Below, piece after piece: positions 33,236-41,406 of a DNA stretch of 45,590 bases; position 1 is the stretch's first letter; every line of letters begins with the position of its first letter. Source of the DNA: Bacteriovoracaceae bacterium (GTDB lineage: Bacteria > Bdellovibrionota > UBA2428); contig CANIGN010000001.1 in NCBI GenBank assembly GCA_947467125.1, positions 1 through 45,590 of the forward strand, read 5' to 3'. The notes under the pieces are model-generated. The model saw nothing but the letters and a program-made list of their open reading frames with translations. It searched no databases and was not told where the DNA came from. Position numbers and translations under genes: made by a program.

Positions 33236-34540
33236 TTACGCTGCCCCATAAGAATGCAATCCACTTAAAAGTAAATTCACACCCAAAAAAGCAAAAATCA
33301 TAATCGCCATAATCACAATCGCTAAAATAGAAAGCGAATTTGCCTTCCACTTCATCAACAATTTTCCATGCAAATAGATCAGCATCGCTACGTAAGTAAT
33401 AAATGCCCAGGTTTCTTTAGGGTCCCAACCCCAGCTTCTTCCCCAAGAATAGTAAGCCCAAATAGCTCCCGTAATAAGGAGTAACGTTTGCGCAGGAAAA
33501 GCAAAAAGCAAATTCTTATAGCTCAATTCATCCAATCGATTTGCAGAAGGCAATGAATCCATAAACTTTTCTTGCTTCCATAAAACTGCAAAATAAAAAA
33601 GATCAAAGAAAAACGCAGTCAGCAAGCTCATGAGTAGATAAGGATTTGATTGGAGAGTTAGATGCTCATTCACCTTCGTTGCCCAGATCACCCACACTAA
33701 AAAAGCGAGCATAGAAACGATTCCCGCAGCAAATAAACGATGGCCCATCTTGTGAAAAGAACGTGAAAAATAAGCAATTGCTGCAACAAGAAACAACACA
33801 GAAGTCACCACAACAGGGACATTGCCTCGAGGCACCTCTTCAAAGCGCGTAACTATCGGCCCTCCCTCATATTCACGATATTGATCTTTTACGTGAGCTT
33901 TAGATCCATCCGGAAGAGTTTGTTCCACTGTACGCGCAAGATAGAGTCGTCCTGTTTTATAAAACTCTCTGCCAGCCATCATCAAAACCAACATCATCGA
34001 CAAAAGCGAAAGCATGCCGCCAATTTTTTTGATCGAAAACTTATTTTTCAAGAGATGCAAAAAAGCCAAACTCGCAGAAGACATAATGGCTCCATACGAA
34101 AGCATTCCAAAAACAACGTGAATTCGATTCCAATAACTTTGCAGAGCAGGAATCAAAGGTTCCACTACTTTATTGGGAGTCATCACACTCATTCCCATGA
34201 GTAAGAAGATAAAAGGCGTTAGCACCACTCCCGCTAAAGTCACCTTCCACTTAAAGAGCGCCAGATTCAACAAGACGCTCGCCCCCCAAGCAAAGAACAC
34301 AAGGCTCTCGTAAAGATTAGTCCAAGGCGGCCGCTCAAGCCCTCCCTCATACCAGCGAGTGAGTAAGCCTGAAGTATGAGAAAGCAAAGCTGCGAAAGCT
34401 AAATACTTTCCGATAAAAACCCATTTGCTTTTTTGAGGATCTCGCAAAACTCCGATGAAAAGACAAAACATCGAAGCCAAATAAATAAAAGCTGAATAAT
34501 TTAAAAAACCTACGGACCATTCATGAAAAGTTGAATTCAT
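33236..34540 (-). CDS. ccsA: cytochrome c biogenesis protein CcsA/ResC (System II)
   Basis: It is a polytopic membrane protein with the W-rich haem-handling motif WAYYSWGRSWGWDPKETWAFITY. It lies directly downstream of the ResB-like gene. Confidence 0.85.
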   Translation of the reverse strand: MNSTFHEWSVGFLNYSAFIYLASMFCLFIGVLRDPQKSKWVFIGKYLAFAALLSHTSGLLTRWYEGGLERPPWTNLYESLVFFAWGASVLLNLALFKWKVTLAGVVLTPFIFLLMGMSVMTPNKVVEPLIPALQSYWNRIHVVFGMLSYGAIMSSASLAFLHLLKNKFSIKKIGGMLSLLSMMLVLMMAGREFYKTGRLYLARTVEQTLPDGSKAHVKDQYREYEGGPIVTRFEEVPRGNVPVVVTSVLFLVAAIAYFSRSFHKMGHRLFAAGIVSMLAFLVWVIWATKVNEHLTLQSNPYLLMSLLTAFFFDLFYFAVLWKQEKFMDSLPSANRLDELSYKNLLFAFPAQTLLLITGAIWAYYSWGRSWGWDPKETWAFITYVAMLIYLHGKLLMKWKANSLSILAIVIMAIMIFAFLGVNLLLSGLHSYGAA

Positions 34541-34541
34541 T

Positions 34542-36089
34542 TCAAGCCTCTCCTTCTTTCATTTTCCTACCAAGAACATGCTCGCTAAGCTCTTCACTTA
34601 ATTTTTTGAGCTCTGCTTCAAAACTATGGGGCAAGCGATGAGTTGTGCCTGTAAAAGTGACAGCTAATTTTTGAGAGCTGTTTTTTTCGACAATAAAATA
34701 AAATTTCTTATGCTGAAAAAAGAGTGCGTAAAAAGTTCCCAGCACCATTCCCAAACATCCCAACCAATAAACAGGAGCCCCGGGATCATAGGAAAGCTGT
34801 AAGCCCGTAAAGTAGAGAGGCTTATAAGCATCCATCACAATTGCCCAATCTTTCTCTCGACCAAAATCATAAACAGGATCATTTTTGAGAACCCAAAATG
34901 GTTCTCCTACAAGAGTATCTCCACGAGCTTCTTGAACCTGTAAAGCGGGTCCACGCCCTTCGATGTCTTCCACAAACTTCACAGGAACAAAGGAGGTTTT
35001 AAATTGATCTATCTTTTGAACTTGTCCAAGTTTTGTTGAAATATATTTTTGATCCGTAAAAGAAGAATTCGTCCCATCAGCCAAAAGCGATGATTTACGA
35101 ATCACACGCAAATCCAAGCGATAGTCACCTAGAGATCCATAACTCGCTTGATAAAAGGTATATTTGCCCACCTCGAGCGGATCATTCACTCGAATCGTTT
35201 TAGAATTAACAATTGCGCCCGTGCTTCGATCAATCACATTCAAATGAGTTGCAAATTCCTTGGGACGCCCTGGAAAATCTTTATAAAACTCAACATTAAA
35301 CGCAGAAGCTTCGACTCGATAATCCATCATCCGCTCATTGAGCAATCCCTGATTCCCAGGAGGACGCTCCAAACCCGCGTCACTTCCCTCTTTGAACATC
35401 AAAAAAGTATCGACTGCCGCACCTTCAGGAACGTTTAGCGTACCTTCAAAACCATAAAGCCCCGACCAAATAGCTCCCGCAAAAATCAATAAGAGCGAAG
35501 TATGAACCAAATAATTTGCAAGGCGAGCCAATTGATTTTTTTGCCAAAAAGCTTGCCAGCGACCTTCACTGTCTTCAAGAATCGTATAATTGATCCATTT
35601 TCGGTGGGCCCACTTATCAAAATCTTTTTGAATACTTTCGAATTGAGAAAGACCCACTTCAAAATGGTAGCGATGTTCCTTTTCCTTGAGCTCAATCGCT
35701 TGTGCCTTTAAGGCAACGGGTTTTGCAAAAGCAAGCTTCCACATTTGCGGCCAACGCTCGTAACTACAAATAACAAGATTTACAGAAAGCAAAACCAACA
35801 ACGAAACGTACCAAAAGGAATGATACGAACGAAAAAGCTGAAACCATTGTCCGAACTGCCAAAAGTCATAATCATACTGAAGCCCTGGATCGACACTCGA
35901 CACATTTTCTTGCAGAATAACGGTTCCAGGAATCGACAATAAAAGAAGCGCAAAGAAAATAAAAAACGTGAGCTTGACGGATCCCAATGCAAGCCAAACA
36001 CGATCGACAAAGGCCCAGAAATTCACAGACTTATTTCTCCCACCGCCCGAAGAACTGGTCAAATAAAGTTTATCTCTCTCAAGCCCCAT
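34542..36089 (-). CDS. ccsB: cytochrome c biogenesis protein CcsB/ResB (System II)
   Basis: It has a ResB-like N-terminal TM (KLTFFIFFALLLLSIPGTVILQ), a large periplasmic loop and a C-terminal TM. The ORF is open to 36197, but that would overlap divergent srkA by 75 nt. ATG 36089 (MGLERDKLY) is the more plausible start. Confidence 0.8.
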   Translation of the reverse strand: MGLERDKLYLTSSSGGGRNKSVNFWAFVDRVWLALGSVKLTFFIFFALLLLSIPGTVILQENVSSVDPGLQYDYDFWQFGQWFQLFRSYHSFWYVSLLVLLSVNLVICSYERWPQMWKLAFAKPVALKAQAIELKEKEHRYHFEVGLSQFESIQKDFDKWAHRKWINYTILEDSEGRWQAFWQKNQLARLANYLVHTSLLLIFAGAIWSGLYGFEGTLNVPEGAAVDTFLMFKEGSDAGLERPPGNQGLLNERMMDYRVEASAFNVEFYKDFPGRPKEFATHLNVIDRSTGAIVNSKTIRVNDPLEVGKYTFYQASYGSLGDYRLDLRVIRKSSLLADGTNSSFTDQKYISTKLGQVQKIDQFKTSFVPVKFVEDIEGRGPALQVQEARGDTLVGEPFWVLKNDPVYDFGREKDWAIVMDAYKPLYFTGLQLSYDPGAPVYWLGCLGMVLGTFYALFFQHKKFYFIVEKNSSQKLAVTFTGTTHRLPHSFEAELKKLSEELSEHVLGRKMKEGEA

Positions 36090-36125
36090 ATCTGCAAGCA
36101 GATATCTGATAGGATTGGCTAAGTG

Positions 36126-37136
36126 ATGAAGCCCATTGCCCCTCCAAGCGGCGAACCTCAACTGAGACAATCTTTTTTTAGCCTTAGCCCGGACCACGTC
36201 CTAAACTCAGTCGAAGAGGCCCTTCAAAAAGAATATCCGGGCTTCAGAACGACAGGTAAAAGCTCAGCACTCAATAGCCTCGAAAATCGAGTCTTTGAAA
36301 TAGAAATTGAAGACGAAATTCAAGGTGAACGAAGTATCGTCGCAAAATTTTATAGGCCGGGCCGATGGAGCCAAGAACAAATTCTTGAAGAACATCGTTT
36401 CGTTCAAGAACTTAAAGAGGCTGAAATCCCAGTCATTGCGCCTCTTCAAAAACTCCAAAAAACTGAAGATGGAATTTATTTCGTTCTTTTTCCCAAGGTC
36501 AGAGGTCGCCTCAAAGACGAACTTCGCCCAGAAGAATTGCGCCAAATTGGACGCTTCGTAGGGCAAATCCACACAGTGGGAGCTCGCTTTCCTTCAAAGT
36601 ATCGAAACAAACTCAGTCTCGAAAACTACGGACGACAATCTCTCGAGACGCTCTTGAGCTCTCCCTTTTTACATGAAAACGTTCGTCCTTTTTATGAAAA
36701 TGTGTGCCTAAAACTTTTCGAAATCATTCAAGATCGAATGCAAAATGTTTACACTCAAAGCATCCATGGTGATTGCCACGTAGGAAACGTTTTATGGAAC
36801 GAGACGGGCCCCTTTATTCTTGATTTTGACGACATGCTCGTGGGCCCACCTGTTCAAGATTTATGGATGATCGCCAAAGGTCGTAGCGAAGAGGATCTCC
36901 GTTTAAGAGAAGACTTTTTACAGGGTTACGAAATGATGCGCGATTTTGATCGAAGCTCACTCAGCCTCGTAGAGCCTTTGCGAGCTTTAAGAATGATTCA
37001 TTATTCGGCATGGATTGCCAGAAGATGGGAAGATCCCTCATTCCCCAAAATGTTTACTCAGTTTACGACTCAGCAATATTGGAACGAAGAGATCGAAGCC
37101 TTAAACGAGATACTCGAAATTCTTAACGGGTATTAG
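36126..37136 (+). CDS. srkA: stress-response Ser/Thr kinase SrkA (YihE/RdoA family phosphotransferase)
   Basis: Family blocks are SLSPDHVLNSVEEAL, LNSLENRVFEIE, VAKFYRPGRWSQEQILEEH, HGDCHVGNVLW and LDFDD. Confidence 0.8.
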   Translation: MKPIAPPSGEPQLRQSFFSLSPDHVLNSVEEALQKEYPGFRTTGKSSALNSLENRVFEIEIEDEIQGERSIVAKFYRPGRWSQEQILEEHRFVQELKEAEIPVIAPLQKLQKTEDGIYFVLFPKVRGRLKDELRPEELRQIGRFVGQIHTVGARFPSKYRNKLSLENYGRQSLETLLSSPFLHENVRPFYENVCLKLFEIIQDRMQNVYTQSIHGDCHVGNVLWNETGPFILDFDDMLVGPPVQDLWMIAKGRSEEDLRLREDFLQGYEMMRDFDRSSLSLVEPLRALRMIHYSAWIARRWEDPSFPKMFTQFTTQQYWNEEIEALNEILEILNGY

Positions 37137-37335
37137 ACTTCACATCGACTTTGACAAGATCGCTCTTCGCAGAAGTATCACTTTTATCATAACTCGCTCG
37201 TGTCTCCTGAAGCACTTTATGATCTTCTTCAATTAAGTGCATAGCTACCTTGAAACTATCAGTCGTAGAAATCCAAAAACCAAGAGCCATTAAAAAAATA
37301 GTTTTCTTTAAAAATTCTTCTAAAGGATTATGCAT
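37123..37335 (-). CDS. small hypothetical membrane protein (doubtful)
   Basis: The ORF runs 37123..37356. The GTG start lies inside the T-tract of the prfB terminator, so ATG 37335 (MHNPLEEFLKKTIFLMALGFWIST...) is more plausible. There is one hydrophobic segment and no family recognised. It overlaps the srkA 3' end by 14 nt. Confidence 0.25.
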   Translation of the reverse strand: MHNPLEEFLKKTIFLMALGFWISTTDSFKVAMHLIEEDHKVLQETRASYDKSDTSAKSDLVKVDVKSNTR

Positions 37336-37354
37336 ATCTTTATCATAACCTGAC

Positions 37355-37399
37355 ACAACAAAAGTTGAGTGAAGATTTGGTTAATTCGCCTTCACTCAA
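37355..37399 (-). terminator. Rho-independent terminator downstream of prfB
   Basis: The minus strand reads ttgagtgaag-(15 nt loop)-cttcactcaa, a perfect 10-bp stem (37365-37374 pairing with 37390-37399). It is followed by cttttgttgt and starts 31 nt after the prfB stop. Confidence 0.55.
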
Positions 37400-37430
37400 T
37401 GAAGATCTTAATATTTATTTGTATTTAAAG

Positions 37431-38574
37431 TTACTCTACGTCATCCACAACATCGGTAGCTTCCCCACCTTTTAACAAATACATCTCGATAAAATCCTGA
37501 ATATCTCCATCCAGAACCTTGTCGACGTTACTCGTTTCATGTTGAGTTCGCGTATCTTTGATGAGCTGATACGGTTGCAAGACATAGTTTCGAATTTGCG
37601 ATCCCCACGAAATGGATTTCTTGGTTGCATTGACCTTATCTGCTTCTGCCTGGCGTTTTTGAATTTCCAACTCATACAAGCGAGCCTTCAACATCTTCAT
37701 CGCTTTTTCGCGGTTTTGAATCTGAGAACGCTCCGCCTGACATTGAACCACGATGCCTGTCGGTAAGTGAGTCATACGAACCGCTGAATCTGTTTTGTTG
37801 ACGTGCTGTCCCCCAGCTCCTCCCGCGCGATACGTATCCACACGCAAATCTTCCGTGCGCACTTCCACCTGAATATCATCTTCAATCATGGGATAAACAA
37901 ACACGCTCGCAAAGCTTGTGTGACGACGAGCATTTGAATCAAAGGGACTAATTCGAACCAAGCGATGAACTCCCACCTCGGCCTTTAAAAACCCATAAGC
38001 ATTTGTTCCCGAAATTTCAAAAGTAACAGACCGATAACCCGCTCCATCTCCGTCTGTAAAATCAACAACATCCGCTTTAAATCCTTGTTTTTGAGAATAG
38101 CGCTGATACATGCGCGCCAAAATCGCAGCCCAATCACAGGCTTCTGTTCCACCGGCTCCAGCGTTGATCGAAAGATAGCAATTGCCTCCGTCATTTTCGC
38201 CCGAAAGCATTCGACTTAATTCAAGCTTGCGCAATTCTTCTTCGGCACTTTTAAAACCATTCGCGAATTCTTCTTGAGAAGAAGAATCTACCTCGCCCAT
38301 TTCTCCGCATAATTGCTGAAGGGCCTTGAGATCCTCAACGTTTTTTGAAACTCGAGAAAAGGGATTCAACACACTTTCGAGCTGATTTTTTTCTTTTTGA
38401 ATTTTAGTCGCTTTCGCATTGTCATTCCAAAAGGTTGGCAATGTTTCGAGATGCGTAATTTCTTCTACGCGACGACGCTTTCCAGTGACGTCAAAGAGAC
38501 CTCCCTAGTTGAAGCACGCGTTCGCGAAATTCTTCAACTCTAAGTCCTAATTCTTTGAGGCTAAGAGTTTCCAT
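37431..38574 (-). CDS. prfB: peptide chain release factor 2, with programmed +1 frameshift
   Basis: The main ORF carries the SPF (RISPFDSNARRHTSFA) and GGQ (GAGGQHVNKTDSAVR) motifs. The N-terminal 27 codons lie in another frame from ATG 38574 (METLSLKELGLRVEEFRERVLQLGRSL) and end at an in-frame TGA. A +1 shift continues DVTGKRRRVEEITHLETLPTFWND into the tracked ORF. Confidence 0.9.
38491..38508 (-). promoter_or_regulatory. RF2 autoregulatory +1 frameshift site (SD-like GGGAGG, then slippery CTT TGA C)
   Basis: The minus strand reads CTA GGG AGG TCT CTT TGA C. The TGA is at 38493-38491, the CTT at 38496-38494 and the GGGAGG at 38505-38500. This matches the canonical E. coli-type arrangement. 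Confidence 0.85.
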
Positions 38575-38605
38575 AGTGTATTTGTAACAGCTTGCAAAGG
38601 GGACA

Positions 38606-39172
38606 TCAATCTTGTGATGAACCGGAAACAATCTTCATGATTTTCTTTTGAACAGCTCTCATAAGCTGACGCTCTTTGAGAGTTACTTTCACGTGATCAA
38701 AACCCAAAAGATGCAAAACTCCATGAACAAAAACTTCAGTTAATTCCGTTTTGAAATCTTTCTTATAGCGCTTGGCATTTCGTAGCACTGTGGGCAAAGA
38801 AACAATCAACGTTCCCATGAATCCATCCAGATGATTCTCGGGACTTTCTAAACTTGGAAAACTCAAGACATCTGTTGTGCGATCAAGCTTACGAAATTGT
38901 TTTTGATAAGAACGCATTTCCAAATCTTCACAAAGATGAAGTTCTAAGCTTTGAGGCCTGCCCCTTTGTTGAAGATAATAAAGATATTTTTGATCGCCCT
39001 TAATCTCCTTCAAGACAAGACCCAAAAGACGCTCAAGAGCCTTTTGCGAAAGCGGTACCTTTGGGAAATCTAGTGGGGCAAAACTCTCTGCCTGGCTCAA
39101 CAAGACGCTTAGGGGCGCCTTTTTTGCCTTTTTCTGGATCTTTGAGCTTTGATTTGCCACCCTTTTGAGCAC
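38606..39172 (-). CDS. ybeY: rRNA maturation endoribonuclease YbeY (with ~30-aa basic N-terminal extension or a mis-set start)
   Basis: The TDVLSFP motif and the zinc motif HGVLHLLGFDH are present. It lies 31 nt upstream of prfB on the same strand. Confidence 0.85.
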   Translation of the reverse strand: MLKRVANQSSKIQKKAKKAPLSVLLSQAESFAPLDFPKVPLSQKALERLLGLVLKEIKGDQKYLYYLQQRGRPQSLELHLCEDLEMRSYQKQFRKLDRTTDVLSFPSLESPENHLDGFMGTLIVSLPTVLRNAKRYKKDFKTELTEVFVHGVLHLLGFDHVKVTLKERQLMRAVQKKIMKIVSGSSQD

Positions 39173-39250
39173 CCTTGTTTTATAGGACTAAACTCCAATA
39201 ATATCAGCAATAAACTTGACACTCCCCTCTCTGAAACCTACAACATCTGC

Positions 39251-39508
39251 ATGGCAAATACGAAATCTGCTCAAAAGCGTACACGTCAAACTATTCGTAA
39301 AACAGCTCGTAACAAAGGTGTTTTAACGTCTGTACGTTCTGCTATCAAAGCTGCTAAATCTACTAAAAACACAAAAGCTTCTGCTTCAGGAGCGGATACT
39401 CTTAAAGTTGCGGTTTCTAAGATCATGAAAGCAGCTTCTAAGGGAGTTCTTCACAAGAAGACTGCAGCTCGTTACGTTTCTCGCTTAACTCGCGCGACAT
39501 CTAAATAA
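39251..39508 (+). CDS. rpsT: 30S ribosomal protein S20
   Basis: MANTKSAQKRTRQTIRKTARNKGVLTSVRSAIK is a typical S20 N-terminus, and the protein is 85 aa. The track's longer ORF from 39149 adds an implausible leader. Confidence 0.92.
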   Translation: MANTKSAQKRTRQTIRKTARNKGVLTSVRSAIKAAKSTKNTKASASGADTLKVAVSKIMKAASKGVLHKKTAARYVSRLTRATSK

Positions 39509-39522
39509 TAACTTTAATCAAT

Positions 39523-40437
39523 TTAGGGTATTTGAGCCAAAAGACCGAGAGCATCGGCTCGAGTGCTTTTCAACGATAAATCACATTTGCACCACCATTC
39601 CAAGACCTCAGGCCTAAACTTCAATTTCTTGAGTTTCGTAATTAAAAAAGGCGGCTCTCCAACAACTTCTTCATTCAAGGCAAGCTGAGAAGAGATTTTA
39701 ATCGATTTTCCTAAGAGAGCTAAGAGACGAATAGGATCTTCTCCGTCTTTTTCAATAAGATGCTGAGAAAGCTGCAAGAAAACCTTTCGATTTCCACTCA
39801 AAGCCGCATCCACCCATTCGTATGAGAGGTTACGATCACCTTGAAATACCCGAGTGCCTCCCGCAGCAGAATCACCCCAACCAAGAGCATGACGAGCCCA
39901 CTCGTCTCCACCCAAGACCCACAATTCCATCCAATGTTTAAGCTGTAGGATATCTTCAATCTCTTGAGTCAGAAGAAAATTAACTTTCTCAACACTTAGT
40001 GGCGCGCTCAAACTCTCATTAAAATAAGTTGCCCATGCATAAGAATGCGCACACGAACTGCCATTCAAAATGCGCAAAGGAGAAGAACTTAAAAACTTTT
40101 CGCTCTCACTCGAAACAAAAAGCCAATTTCCCTGAGGAGAACTCAACTGAACAAGCCTTTCCCAAACTCTTTTAGCTTCGTCAGGCCACTTATGAGGATC
40201 CGTTTTAAGATGAAGATAAAAAACCTTTGAGGAACTAAAAAAATCAAGAGCCGAAAAATCTCCTTCGATATCTACTCCTGGTCCTTCTGCTTTCACTTCT
40301 AAAGCTATAAATTGTCTTTTTTGCTCCACACAAAGAGATCGAAGAATCTCTCTTTCATAGCCTGCAAGCTCTTCGGTCAAGGACACCCACGAAGCTTGTG
40401 TTGATAATTTTATTTTAAAAAAATCTAAAATTTGCAT
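39523..40437 (-). CDS. holA: DNA polymerase III delta subunit-like (tentative)
   Basis: A 304-aa helical protein lies immediately (0-nt gap) downstream of an LptE-like lipoprotein gene, as in the conserved lptE-holA pairing. The C-terminal CDLSLKSTRADALGLLAQ resembles the delta C-terminal motif. I see no stronger motif. Confidence 0.5.
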   Translation of the reverse strand: MQILDFFKIKLSTQASWVSLTEELAGYEREILRSLCVEQKRQFIALEVKAEGPGVDIEGDFSALDFFSSSKVFYLHLKTDPHKWPDEAKRVWERLVQLSSPQGNWLFVSSESEKFLSSSPLRILNGSSCAHSYAWATYFNESLSAPLSVEKVNFLLTQEIEDILQLKHWMELWVLGGDEWARHALGWGDSAAGGTRVFQGDRNLSYEWVDAALSGNRKVFLQLSQHLIEKDGEDPIRLLALLGKSIKISSQLALNEEVVGEPPFLITKLKKLKFRPEVLEWWCKCDLSLKSTRADALGLLAQIP

Positions 40438-41067
40438 TTAAAAATCATCCACAATCTGAGCTTTTGCTCTTCTAAAGATTTTCTCACTTAGTTTTTTCAC
40501 AAGCAAAGCTTCGCGCGAGGTGTGAATCTGAGGAGCTTCTGCAGATCCCCGACTCAACTCTAATCGATCCGTAAGTTGATAAAAATCTTTTTCCGAAAGG
40601 ACAATCGTCCACACCTTTTCTTTTGCAGGATTCAGTTTCGTGATTTCGATCCCTAAAGTAATACCCACAGATTGAGCGCTTAAGAGATTATCCCTCAAAC
40701 CTCCCTTTGCCTCTGTTTCACTGGATCCTTTAAAAGCAGTAGGCCCCCAACCCTTTGAAAACTCTACAATTTTTGCAAGAATGACTGCTTGGCTTTCATC
40801 AGCCGAACGAACAATTCGAACACCTCGAACTCCCGCAAGCATTTCACGTAGCTGGCCCGTCAGATCATTCAACTCAAAAGTTCGTGCTGTGCGATTTTCT
40901 ATAACTGGAATAAAGAGCTTCAATTCACTTTCAGGCGAACGCGAATCGCCCGCATGATACGAGCAGGCCGAAAGCAAAAGAACAAAAGCCCCCGCGAAAC
41001 CCCAAGTTCTTGCTACCCGGTGTCTTGTGGGCAGAAATTTCACGATCTTTTCGATTCTGTTTTTCAT
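40438..41067 (-). CDS. lptE: LPS-assembly lipoprotein LptE-like (tentative)
   Basis: The signal and lipobox read AFVLLLSAC. The size is about 200 aa, and the gene sits upstream of the holA-like gene. Sequence similarity was judged only by eye. Confidence 0.5.
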   Translation of the reverse strand: MKNRIEKIVKFLPTRHRVARTWGFAGAFVLLLSACSYHAGDSRSPESELKLFIPVIENRTARTFELNDLTGQLREMLAGVRGVRIVRSADESQAVILAKIVEFSKGWGPTAFKGSSETEAKGGLRDNLLSAQSVGITLGIEITKLNPAKEKVWTIVLSEKDFYQLTDRLELSRGSAEAPQIHTSREALLVKKLSEKIFRRAKAQIVDDF

Positions 41068-41099
41068 CTCTTGGCTACAATCAGGTATAAGATAGCATC

Positions 41100-41393
41100 G
41101 TGAGCGTGGAAAGCACCAAGATCAAAAGTTCTTTGAGAGGCATGCCCATTCTCATTTATATAAGAGCTTGGAAGCTGAGCACCACTTCCATCATTCAAAG
41201 CCACGTGTTTTTTCAAGGAGTTGTAGAAGGCCCTCAGGGTAAAAGACTTCAACTTCGAATCCCAGACTCAACTTGGCGACAAGAGATGATCTATCAAAAA
41301 GACCATATCCTTAAACGATATAATGATCTTTGCTTATCTTTAGGCATGAATCGAATGTGGCTTCCTGTTGAATGCCATATCGTTGCTTTTTAG
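41100..41393 (+). CDS. DUF721-like small protein (tentative)
   Basis: The C-terminal block GKRLQLRIPDSTWRQEMIYQKDHILKRYNDL matches the 'L.v.v.ss.w..EL......il..lN' pattern I recall for DUF721. The start could be GTG 41100 or ATG 41142. Confidence 0.4.
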   Translation: MSVESTKIKSSLRGMPILIYIRAWKLSTTSIIQSHVFFQGVVEGPQGKRLQLRIPDSTWRQEMIYQKDHILKRYNDLCLSLGMNRMWLPVECHIVAF

Positions 41394-41406
41394 ATGTTAT
41401 TTTAAA

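Noticed and set aside
36089-36197. A 75-nt head-to-head overlap of the ResB-like and srkA ORFs.
   Set aside because: It is most likely an artefact of taking the longest ORF. ResB has an in-frame ATG at 36089, just before its first TM region, and that start removes the overlap.
41064-41252. A 62-aa minus-strand ORF upstream of lptE.
   Set aside because: It has no motifs and overlaps the more plausible DUF721-like plus-strand ORF. It would also overlap the lptE start.
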